This document shows, in pieces, positions 1 to 8,423 of a DNA stretch of 64,000 nt. Position numbers and translations under genes: made by a program. The notes under the pieces were generated by a model. The model was not told where the DNA came from. It was given only the letters and a program-made list of their open reading frames with translations, and ran no database searches. Source of the DNA: Candidatus Sericytochromatia bacterium (lineage in GTDB: Bacteria > Cyanobacteriota > Sericytochromatia > S15B-MN24 > UBA4093); NCBI GenBank assembly GCA_036676985.1, contig JAKFBU010000041.1, forward strand, positions 32,001 through 96,000, written 5' to 3'. The number at the start of each line of letters is the position of its first letter. Positions within the stretch are counted from its first letter, which is position 1.

Positions 1-57
1 GCTCCTTGCGCCGACTCCTGGTATCATCGAAGGGCGCTTTCGCAGAAAGGACGCGTC

Positions 58-1422
58 ATGATCGAACTCCAACCGGACCAGTTGACCCAGGACATCGAGG
101 CCCTGCGGGCGGACTACGAGCGAGCCCTCGCCGAGATCGTCGAGATCCCCACCGTCAGCATGGATCCCTCCAAGCAGCAGGACATCCGCAAGGGCGCCGA
201 GTGGGCCCTGCAGTTCCTCGACTCCCACGGCGTCGAGGCCATGATCTACGAGACCGACGGGCTGCCCGTGGTCGTGGGGACGCTCACGCACCCCGAGGCC
301 AAGCGGACGCTCACCATCTATAACCATCTGGACGTCCAGCCGGCCAACGAGCCCGAGTGGACGACCGATCCCTTCCGCTTCTCCAAGGCGGGCGACACCT
401 ACCACGGCCGCGGCACCACCGACGACAAGGGCCCGGCGCTCGCGGCCTTCTACGCGGCCATGCTCGCCAAGCAGCACGACATCCCCCTGAACATCCGCTT
501 TGTCTGGGAGTTCGAGGAGGAGATCGGCAGCCCCCACTTCGAGGCCTTCCTGGCAGCGCATGCCGAGGACCTCAAGACCGACTCGGTCCTGGTCTCGGAC
601 ACCATCTGGATCAGCCGGGACAAGCCCGCGGCCCCCCTGGGCCTCCGGGGCATGGTCGCCTTCCGCCTCCTGCTCGAGACGGGCACCAAGGACGTGCACT
701 CGGGCCTCACGGGCGGGGCCGCCCGCAACCCCATCGGCGAGCTGTGCCAGCTCATCAGCGAGATCTACGACGCCAAGACCGGCCACGTGAAGATCCCGGC
801 CTTCTACGACCAGGTGCGCCCGGTCTCGGCCGAAGAGGAGCAGAGCTTCGTCGAGTCGGGCTTCGACACCCAGGAGTTCCAGCGCGCGCACGGCCTCACG
901 TGCCTGCGCGTCACGGACCCCCGTGAGGTGACGCGCCGGATCTGGGCGCAGCCGACCTTCGAGGTGCACGGCATGGTGGGCGGCTACACGGGCCCGGGCG
1001 TCAAGGCCATCGTGCCGCCCCGCGCCGAGGCCAAGGTCAGCATGCGCCTGGTGCCCGACATGCGGCCCGGCGAGGTGCTCGACATGGTGCGGGCCTTCGT
1101 CAAGGAGCGGAACCCGGACGTGACGCTCGAGGCGACGGGCTCCCTGGAGCCCTTCATGTGCCGGCCGGAAGGCACTTACGCCGACGCGATCCGCACGGCC
1201 CTGCGCTTCGGCTTCGGGGCGAACCCCGCCTTCATCCGCGAGGGCGGCTCCATCGGGGCCGTCGTGAGCATGCAGCAGCATCTCGGCTGCCCCATCATGT
1301 TCATCGGCCTCTCCCTGCCGGAGCACGGCTACCATGCGCCCAACGAGAACTTCGACTGGCACATGGCCTCGGGCGGCATGAAGGCCTTCATGCGCTACTT
1401 CGAGCAGATCGCGACCCTTTAG
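58..1422 (+). CDS. M20/M25/M40 family metallopeptidase (Dug1/ArgE-like dipeptidase)
   Basis: 454 aa; motifs YNHLDVQP, GRGTTDDKG, EFEEEIGS, DVHSG, GGSIG, HAPNENF. Confidence 0.92.
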   Translation: MIELQPDQLTQDIEALRADYERALAEIVEIPTVSMDPSKQQDIRKGAEWALQFLDSHGVEAMIYETDGLPVVVGTLTHPEAKRTLTIYNHLDVQPANEPEWTTDPFRFSKAGDTYHGRGTTDDKGPALAAFYAAMLAKQHDIPLNIRFVWEFEEEIGSPHFEAFLAAHAEDLKTDSVLVSDTIWISRDKPAAPLGLRGMVAFRLLLETGTKDVHSGLTGGAARNPIGELCQLISEIYDAKTGHVKIPAFYDQVRPVSAEEEQSFVESGFDTQEFQRAHGLTCLRVTDPREVTRRIWAQPTFEVHGMVGGYTGPGVKAIVPPRAEAKVSMRLVPDMRPGEVLDMVRAFVKERNPDVTLEATGSLEPFMCRPEGTYADAIRTALRFGFGANPAFIREGGSIGAVVSMQQHLGCPIMFIGLSLPEHGYHAPNENFDWHMASGGMKAFMRYFEQIATL

Positions 1423-1483
1423 CCCCTGACGCGACGCGGGTGGAGGACCGAACGGTCCGCCACCCGTCTTGTCATGCGACGGT

Positions 1484-1687
1484 TCAGAGCTGGGGCATGA
1501 GGTCGGAGACCTGACCGACCTGGAGGTCGAACGGCTGATCGGCGAGGACTAACACGAAGTGCTCCGTGTCGACCAGACAGACCGCCGCGAAGCAGTGGCC
1601 GCAGAACAGGTCCTGGCCGCGGGAACGCGAGTAGGTCAAGCGGCTGCGGCAATGGGGGCAGTGGTAGTCACTCGGCTGACGTGCCAT
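1484..1687 (-). CDS. Small zinc-ribbon protein (67 aa)
   Basis: MARQPSDYHCPHCRSR...FCGHCFAAV with two CxxC pairs; GGGAGG RBS upstream of the ATG at 1687. Confidence 0.65.
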   Translation of the reverse strand: MARQPSDYHCPHCRSRLTYSRSRGQDLFCGHCFAAVCLVDTEHFVLVLADQPFDLQVGQVSDLMPQL

Positions 1688-1857
1688 GGGCGATCCTCCC
1701 GACGAAGGAAGCGACGATTCGAGCGGCAAGTCTATGCTATCACTCAATTTGCCGCCGTCATGACGTCAGATTGTTCCCTGGTCAACCGCCCGACGGGGTG
1801 CGCCGCCCCATCCAGATCTCCGGGCGCAAAAAATCCCCTCTTGACCTTCAAAAACCG

Positions 1858-1875
1858 GTTCGTTCCGGAACGAAC
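1858..1875. promoter_or_regulatory. Perfect 18-bp palindrome GTTCGTTCCGGAACGAAC (possible operator or recombination site)
   Basis: Self-complementary; abuts the stop codon of the xth fragment and lies upstream of the zinc-ribbon gene. Confidence 0.4.
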
Positions 1876-2265
1876 TAGCCGACCAGGGAGTCGTCGAGCT
1901 CCAGGACCACCGGGCAATGGTCGGAGCCCTTGACCTCGGGCAGGATGTAGGCGGCCGTCACGTGCGGCACCAGGGCCTCGGAGACCAGGAAGTAGTCGAT
2001 CCGCCACCCGATGTTCCGCACCCGACCGCCCGGTCGGTTGCTCCACCAGGTGTAGTGGCCGGCCTCGCCGGGGTGGCGATCGCGGAAGACGTCCTTGAGG
2101 CCCGCCGCCAGGTACTCGTCGACCTTGACGCGCTCTTCGGGCAAGAAGCCCATCGTCTTCTGGTTGGCCTTGGGGTTGGCGAGGTCGATGGGCTGGTGGG
2201 CAGTGTTGAAGTCGCCGCAAGCGATGGTGCCCTCACCCTTGGCATACAGCTCCTTGAGCTGCTTC
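1875..2265 (-). pseudogene. xth: Duplicated 3' fragment of exodeoxyribonuclease III lacking the 5' half
   Basis: Collinear with about 6030-6420 at a constant 4155-bp offset; encodes CGDFNTAH...GWRIDYF...GSDHCPV; an in-frame TAA lies just upstream and there is no N-terminal half. Confidence 0.88.
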
Positions 2266-2443
2266 CACGGCCAAATGTCCTCTGGGAATTACGTCGGCTT
2301 TTGCGCGCCCCCCGACCAGGCACTTGTCAGGGCATGTAGCAACCGGGGCAGTGGCACAGGCGCGGGATAGGCCGGTTTGCCATAAGGCCCCCGATTAATG
2401 ATGTGGCGCCAGGGCATAATTTGGTTGAAAGGTTGCCGCTCGA

Positions 2444-5400
2444 ATGCATCTAACCCACTGGGAAACGCTCGAATTCAGCCCCCCGTTCCTTTACCTGGCT
2501 CTCGCCGGCGGGGACATCGGCGAGGCGCTCCAGATGGTGGCATTCGAGCTTCTAAAGCCAGACTATGCCAATTTGGAGAGGTTGCCTGCAAGAGGCAAGG
2601 ACGGGGGAATCGATCTTCATGAAGACCGCCCCGGTGAGCGCGCGGTCGTCCAATGCAAGGTAATCGGCGAGCCTGGTCTGGAAGCCGTTCTCAAGTCGTG
2701 GAAACTGTTTGCTGAGACACTCGAGCGCAACGTGCGCGATCCGAAAGGTCCGCCTGCGGGACAGGGCCAGTACCAGCCCTGGTACCGTACGGATCTGCCG
2801 ATTCGCGAGTTCGTCTGGTGCGTGAGTTCGCCCTTGAACAACGTCAATCAGCGCGATCAGGCCCAGCAGGCGATTGTGCGATTTTTCGATCAGTTGGCAG
2901 CCAAGTACGCCCACCTCTCGCACCTTGCGGGCATGGACGTGAAGGTGCTCGACTGGCATCGCTTGAGAGAACGACTTGAGTCACGCCCACAAGTAGCCCT
3001 GCGCTGGTTTCCAGCCCTTCGACAGCATAACCTCAAGCCCCTGGAAAAAGTTAGCGACACGGGCACCTTTCGGTCCTACCTGAATTCGGACAGGCTGGCG
3101 TACTATAGCCGGGCCGAGCACCTGAGGATTCACCCAAAGCCAGGGCATGCCGATATTCACACTGAGGAGGATTTGCTCCATCTGCTGGAAGTCGATGCAT
3201 TCAGCGGTCTGATCTTGGCCGGGGTGGGAGGCGTCGGAAAAAGTCGCATGACCCTTGAGCTGGGGCACCTGGCGGAAGCGCGCGGCTGGCTCGTGTTGAA
3301 AGTCGCCAATCGCTCCCTTGAGCTTGGGGACCTCACTGAATATGCTCGACTGTTCTCAAAGCCAGGGATCCGTACGCTCCTCTTGATTGATTACGTCGAA
3401 CTTCAGGCCAATTTTGCTGGACTAGTTGAGACCATACTAGAACTCAACAATACCTACGACCTGTCAATTCGTTACATCGCGAATTGCCGTACCAACTTCT
3501 ACTTTCAGCAAGGCCTCGACGAGATCCCCGACCACTTGATGATCGACTTGTCGCCAACCAATCAAGGGCAAGCGTGGTTCCAATCCTACAAGGAGCGCAC
3601 GGTCCGGCACATTCTTGAAAGCGCCGACCTGGGCGATGACGAAACGCTGACCCAAACGTGTCAAGGTCTGCCAGTATTGGCGACCTTCCTCGCCTATCTA
3701 AACAACGCCGGACGCAAAGCCGACCTGGAAGAGTTGCGAAAAGAGGAAAATTTCGCGTCCTGGATCCTTCGACGCCTGCAGCTTACGTTTGGAAAGACGT
3801 CCATCGATCGGGAGCTTGCGGCCCTCATTTCCCTGTTCCCGTGGCGCGGACCACTCCCCTCCGCGACGGACCACAAGTCCATTCGCGACCTATTCGAACG
3901 CCTTGTGATGGACGGCTGGATCGAGCAGGAGGCCGAGGAGCCAGGCACATGGGCGGTCATCCACGACGTCCTAGCCGATCAAATCCTGATCTCCTACCTA
4001 CGTCGAATTTCCAAGATACAACAAGCGTTCGTCGAAGATCTGTTCAACTTTGCCATCTCCTTCGGCCAGCTCCACTCCGCGCTAATCGCGCTGCGGCGCA
4101 TCGCTGGTAGCAGCGAATTGGGGTCGATCGATTGGAAAACCCTCCTGGACGCACAATTCGCCGTCGCTCCACAGGCCTGGAAGCACGTGCGAGACGTGGT
4201 GCTATACTGGCCGTCGCTCAGGCTGGACGACATTAGTAGCTTCCTCGAACGGCATCCCGATGTCTGGGAAGGGGCCGACGAGACGACGGAGTTCCAGCTT
4301 GGGCTCGGCTGGCATCTGAAGACGGCCGTCAAAAGCGCTCTGCCGGGGCAGCACCATAAGCTAAACACGGCCTTGCTCATCCGCCTGAAAAGCATCGTGC
4401 GCCTTGCGTCGAAGATCAACTACGTGTTGACCTGGAGCCTTCGCTACGCGCCGGGCGAGTTCCAAGAGGCGGCCCTGGCCTGGATTGCGGCGCATCCTCT
4501 GCGATTTCAAACGCATTATCTGCTGGTAGCCTGCCTCGACACAGGCACCCTGCCGGACCTGCTGGCAGCTCAGGTTCTCGCCTGGAGCAATGCATTTGAA
4601 CAGGATGCGCACTTTTGCTTCGTGGCATCGGCATGGCTCAGGGCTGGCGGTGACCATGGCGTCATCCGTGACTCGATCGGCAAATGGCTTGAGCAGCACA
4701 AGACCAGCCTTGAAGCGGAGTTTGTCTATAAAGCATGGCTCGACGCAACTGGCGAGTGCGACTTCGTCCGAGCATCCCTCGCTCAATGGCTTGAGCAGCA
4801 CCAGACCAGCCTTGAAGCGGAGTTCGTCTATAAAGCATGGCTTGACTCGAAGGGCGATTGCGAGTTCATCCGAGCGCCCATAGCTCAATGGCTGGAGCAG
4901 CATAAGACAAGCGAGGAAGCGCGCTTCGTCTATTATGCCTGGCTCGGCTCAACTGGCGAGTGCGACTTTGTCCGAGCACCCATCGCTAAATGGCTGGAGC
5001 AGCACAAGACCAGCCTTGAAGCGGAGTTCGTCTACTATGCCTGGCTCGGCGCAGCAGGCGAGTGTGACTTCGTCCGAGCGCCCATCTCTCAATGGCTGGA
5101 GCAGCATAAAACTAGCTTGGAAGCGAGTTTCGTCTATCAAGCCTGGCTAGACTCGAAAGGCGATTGCGACTTCGTCCGAGCGTCCATAGCTCAATGGCTG
5201 GAGCAGCATAAGACCAGCGAGGAAGCGCGCTTCGTCTACTATGCCTGGCTCGGCTCAACTGGCGAGTGCGACTTCGTCAGAGCGCCCATCGCTAAATGGC
5301 TGGAGCAGCATAAATCCAGCTCAGATGCGAGTTTCGTCTGTAAAGCCTGGCTCGCAGCGGGCGGCGACTTTGAAACGGTTCGGGAAGTTTCGATTGATTG

Positions 5401-6088
5401 GCTGAGACGAAATAAAGATGACGCCGAGGCGGTGTTCCTCTTGAAATATCTCTCGAAGCAGAAGCGCCTGCCAAACGAGACAATCCAAGATATCCTTCAC
5501 TGGTGTCGAAAGCACGCCGATAATCCTGACGCCATCTGGCGCCTCAGCTCGCTCAACAGCCAGCTGGCCAAGACGGACACGAAGGTAGCTGCCATCCTTG
5601 CGGCCGAATCCGTCATCGATGTCTACTTGAGCGGGCCGGAGGGGATCAGCGACCGAGTCGCTGAGCAGATCACCAACACCCTTGCTTTCGTCACAAAATA
5701 CGACAAACATGTCGAGCCACAAGTCCGCGAGCGGCTGGAACTTCTCCATCTCCGGTGGTTCCTTCATCCATGCTCGTTCACTCAGCGCCACTCTCATCCT
5801 ACGAGTCAGCAGCTTGGTTTCCTATTAAAGCTCATTGGCCATCTGAAAGCCGGCAAGCTAGACCTACATCGGGATAGAGCGCGATTCGAGGCATTTTTCC
5901 GGTGGATGAACACGTGGTCGGTCGAAAACAAGGAGCGAATCCGGAAGCAACTCGGCTATCTGCGTAAAAAATTCCCCCAAGGCCGCCTCATCTGGAGTCT
6001 CGTGCGACTGGGTCCGCTGCCCGCGCCTACGCCGTCACCAGGGCATCATCTAGCTCCAGGACCACCGGGCAATGGTCGGAGCCCTTGA
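2444..6088 (+). CDS. Avs-like STAND NTPase with N-terminal PD-(D/E)xK (Mrr-like) nuclease and C-terminal 34-aa helical repeats; putative anti-phage defence protein
   Basis: 1214 aa; GKDGGID...VQCK nuclease motif; Walker A GVGGVGKS; Walker B LLLIDYVE; STAND GxP motif CQGLPV; seven near-perfect 34-aa repeats. Confidence 0.8.
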   Translation: MHLTHWETLEFSPPFLYLALAGGDIGEALQMVAFELLKPDYANLERLPARGKDGGIDLHEDRPGERAVVQCKVIGEPGLEAVLKSWKLFAETLERNVRDPKGPPAGQGQYQPWYRTDLPIREFVWCVSSPLNNVNQRDQAQQAIVRFFDQLAAKYAHLSHLAGMDVKVLDWHRLRERLESRPQVALRWFPALRQHNLKPLEKVSDTGTFRSYLNSDRLAYYSRAEHLRIHPKPGHADIHTEEDLLHLLEVDAFSGLILAGVGGVGKSRMTLELGHLAEARGWLVLKVANRSLELGDLTEYARLFSKPGIRTLLLIDYVELQANFAGLVETILELNNTYDLSIRYIANCRTNFYFQQGLDEIPDHLMIDLSPTNQGQAWFQSYKERTVRHILESADLGDDETLTQTCQGLPVLATFLAYLNNAGRKADLEELRKEENFASWILRRLQLTFGKTSIDRELAALISLFPWRGPLPSATDHKSIRDLFERLVMDGWIEQEAEEPGTWAVIHDVLADQILISYLRRISKIQQAFVEDLFNFAISFGQLHSALIALRRIAGSSELGSIDWKTLLDAQFAVAPQAWKHVRDVVLYWPSLRLDDISSFLERHPDVWEGADETTEFQLGLGWHLKTAVKSALPGQHHKLNTALLIRLKSIVRLASKINYVLTWSLRYAPGEFQEAALAWIAAHPLRFQTHYLLVACLDTGTLPDLLAAQVLAWSNAFEQDAHFCFVASAWLRAGGDHGVIRDSIGKWLEQHKTSLEAEFVYKAWLDATGECDFVRASLAQWLEQHQTSLEAEFVYKAWLDSKGDCEFIRAPIAQWLEQHKTSEEARFVYYAWLGSTGECDFVRAPIAKWLEQHKTSLEAEFVYYAWLGAAGECDFVRAPISQWLEQHKTSLEASFVYQAWLDSKGDCDFVRASIAQWLEQHKTSEEARFVYYAWLGSTGECDFVRAPIAKWLEQHKSSSDASFVCKAWLAAGGDFETVREVSIDWLRRNKDDAEAVFLLKYLSKQKRLPNETIQDILHWCRKHADNPDAIWRLSSLNSQLAKTDTKVAAILAAESVIDVYLSGPEGISDRVAEQITNTLAFVTKYDKHVEPQVRERLELLHLRWFLHPCSFTQRHSHPTSQQLGFLLKLIGHLKAGKLDLHRDRARFEAFFRWMNTWSVENKERIRKQLGYLRKKFPQGRLIWSLVRLGPLPAPTPSPGHHLAPGPPGNGRSP
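4685..5398 (+). repeat. Seven tandem 102-bp coding repeats (WLEQHKTSxEAxFVYxAWLxxxGxCDFVRAxIxx)
   Basis: TGG codons at 4685, 4787 and onward at a 102-bp period; higher-order 306-bp duplication (4871 versus 5177). Confidence 0.95.
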
Positions 6089-6812
6089 CCTCGGGCAGGA
6101 TGTAGGCGGCCGTCACGTGCGGCACCAGGGCCTCGGAGACCAGGAAGTAGTCGATCCGCCACCCGATGTTCCGCTCCCGGACGCCCGGTCGGTTGCTCCA
6201 CCAGGTGTAGTGGCCGGCCTCGCCGGGGTGGCGATCGCGGAACACGTCCTTGAGGCCCGCCGCCAGGTACTCGTCGACCTTGACGCGCTCCTCGGGCAAG
6301 AAGCCCGTCGTCTTCTGGTTGGCCTTGGGGTTGGCGAGGTCGATGGGCTGGTGGGCGGTGTTGAAGTCGCCGCAGACGATGACGTGCTCGCCCCGGGCAT
6401 GCAGCTCCTTGATTTGCGCCAGGAGCGCGTCGTAGAAGGAGAGCTTGTAGGGGACCCGGCTCAGGTCGCGCGAGCCGTTGGGGAAGTAGACGTTGAAGAG
6501 GGTGAAGCCCTTGAAGCGCAAGACCTGGACGCGGCCCTCGGAGTCGAACTCCGCAAGGCCCATGCCGAGCCGGATCTCCTCGGGCGCGCGCCGGATCCAG
6601 GCGCCCACGCCGCTGTAACCCTTCTTCTCGGCCGGATGCCACGAGACCGTGCAGCCCGCCTCGGGCTCGCAGACGGCCGCCGACAGCTGGTGCGGCTCGG
6701 CGCGGACCTCCTGGAAGCAGAGGACATCGGGCTGGTAGTCGCGGTACCACTCCACGAGGCCCTGGCGCTCGCAGGCGCGGATCCCGTTGACGTTCCAGGT
6801 GACGATTTTCAA
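6027..6812 (-). CDS. xth: Exodeoxyribonuclease III (AP endonuclease)
   Basis: MKIVTWNVNGIRA, LCFQE, GYSGV, YFPNG, GDFNTAH, GWRIDY, SDHCPV. Confidence 0.97.
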   Translation of the reverse strand: MKIVTWNVNGIRACERQGLVEWYRDYQPDVLCFQEVRAEPHQLSAAVCEPEAGCTVSWHPAEKKGYSGVGAWIRRAPEEIRLGMGLAEFDSEGRVQVLRFKGFTLFNVYFPNGSRDLSRVPYKLSFYDALLAQIKELHARGEHVIVCGDFNTAHQPIDLANPKANQKTTGFLPEERVKVDEYLAAGLKDVFRDRHPGEAGHYTWWSNRPGVRERNIGWRIDYFLVSEALVPHVTAAYILPEVKGSDHCPVVLELDDALVTA

Positions 6813-6867
6813 GGCGTTTCTCTTTCCAGTGAGGGCGCAAACGCCCTCATTGTACCCCTTGGAGCGC

Positions 6868-7278
6868 CTAGGGAGCGAGGGGAGCGGCCTCGAAAGCCGC
6901 GATGCGCTCCTTCAGCTCCTCGGGCACCGGCTTGGTCGCCTTGGAGGCGTAGTCGTACATCACCTGCACGCTACGCCCCGTGGCCACCTCGCGCCCGCTC
7001 GCGCGCTCGGTGACGCGGTAGGCGAACTCGAAGCTCTTGGTGCCGACCTTGGGGATCCACAGGGCGAGGTCCAGCGTCTCGCCGTAGAGCGCCGGCGAGC
7101 GGTAGGTGCAGGTGATCTCCGCGATGATGAAGTCGAAGCCCGCGAAGTCCGGGCCCCGCATGGCCTGCCAGTAGGCGGCGCGGGCCTCCTCGAAGTAGGT
7201 CAGGTAGACGGCGTTGTTGACGTGCTGGAACATGTCGCAGTCGCGGAAGCGCACGTTCAGGGTGTGCTGGAAGGGCAT
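6868..7278 (-). CDS. Acyl-CoA thioesterase (4HBT/YbgC hot-dog family)
   Basis: VRFRDCDMFQHVNNAVYLTYFEEAR motif; ATG at 7278. Confidence 0.9.
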   Translation of the reverse strand: MPFQHTLNVRFRDCDMFQHVNNAVYLTYFEEARAAYWQAMRGPDFAGFDFIIAEITCTYRSPALYGETLDLALWIPKVGTKSFEFAYRVTERASGREVATGRSVQVMYDYASKATKPVPEELKERIAAFEAAPLAP

Positions 7279-7295
7279 GGGGTCCTCTGGGTCGG

Positions 7296-8222
7296 CTAGG
7301 CGAGGGTTACGGTCCGGGCAAGGGCCGGGGGGGCGATAAAGCCGCGCAGGAGGTCCGCGACGCGCTCGGGGTCCTCCCACATGGGGAAGTGGCCGCACGG
7401 ATCGAGGGCCTCGAGGCGGGCGGCCGGGTGGTGCTCCAGGGCCGCGTGGAAGAGCTCCAGCGGGAAGAGGGGGTCCTGGGCGCCCGCCACCATCAGCACG
7501 GGGAAGGACGCGGCGGCGAGCCGCTCCCGGTACTCGACACTGCGGCCCGGCGCGAAGTGGATCTGGTTGGCGCGCAGCGTGCTCAAGAAGGCCTGGCGCA
7601 GGTAGGGATCCGCCGCGACGGCGCAGCCGTGACGCAGCACCTCCTCGAGGCGCTCGGCGGGGATCCGCCGCACGTCGTGGAAGAGCGGCTCGTAGTAGCG
7701 CCGGATGCCCATGGGATGGCGAACACCGAGCCACGGGGTGGCCAGCAGCATGGCCTCGCCGATCATGGGCCGCAAGAAGGGCTGGAAGAGCTCCGGGATC
7801 GAGACGTCCACCCACACGGGCGGCACGCCCACGGTCACGAGCCCCGCGACCCGCTCCGGGTGCGTGAGCGCGAAGGAGCTGCCGATGAGCCCGCCCATGG
7901 AGTGGGTGACGAGCGTAACCCGCTCGAGGCCGAGGGCCGCGAGGAAGTCCTCCAAGAAGCGGTGGTAGAAGTCGACGGTGTAGGCCGTCAGGGGTCGATC
8001 GGACTCGCCCCAGCCGGGGAAGTCGGGCGCGATGGTGCGCGCGTGGGGCGCGAGGGCGACCTGGGTGTCCCACCAGAAGACGTTGCCGGCGAACACCGCC
8101 CCGTGCAGCATCACCACCGGGGGGCCCTCTCCGGCCTCGGTGTAGGTGATGCGGACGCCGTTGACCGTCACGTCGCGCTGGAGGAGCCCATGATACGTGG
8201 ACGAGGCTGTCGAAAGACGCAT
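7296..8222 (-). CDS. Alpha/beta hydrolase
   Basis: MLHG oxyanion motif, APDFPGWGES, HSMGG nucleophile elbow, GAQD, CGHFP. Confidence 0.92.
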   Translation of the reverse strand: MRLSTASSTYHGLLQRDVTVNGVRITYTEAGEGPPVVMLHGAVFAGNVFWWDTQVALAPHARTIAPDFPGWGESDRPLTAYTVDFYHRFLEDFLAALGLERVTLVTHSMGGLIGSSFALTHPERVAGLVTVGVPPVWVDVSIPELFQPFLRPMIGEAMLLATPWLGVRHPMGIRRYYEPLFHDVRRIPAERLEEVLRHGCAVAADPYLRQAFLSTLRANQIHFAPGRSVEYRERLAAASFPVLMVAGAQDPLFPLELFHAALEHHPAARLEALDPCGHFPMWEDPERVADLLRGFIAPPALARTVTLA

Positions 8223-8423
8223 GATCGCCCCCTTTCAGACCAAGACACTCTATTTATACCTCCGGAGAAGGCCCGGGGTCTCGACACCCTGCACGACGAT
8301 CGTTCCGGCCACCCTCGTTGCAATGGGGGGAAATGGGTATATAAGGGGCTGAACCACCGGGATCGGCCACGCCGCCCGGTCGGATGGCCGCTTCGGGGCA
8401 CCGCCCCGCTCAAAGGATCCCCC

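Larger units (their letters stand above)
1897..6413. mobile_element. 4155-bp-period insertion (islet) bounded by ~360-bp direct repeats of the xth 3' end
   Basis: Direct repeats at 1897-2258 and 6052-6413; interior visibly lower in GC with many A/T-ending codons; no integrase inside. Confidence 0.65.

Noticed and set aside
4685-5398. CRISPR array
   Set aside because: Contiguous 102-bp in-frame coding repeats with no unique spacers and no cas genes
1875-6420. Diversity-generating retroelement (TR/VR pair) as the explanation of the xth duplication
   Set aside because: Mismatches are not adenine-specific and there is no reverse transcriptase in the window
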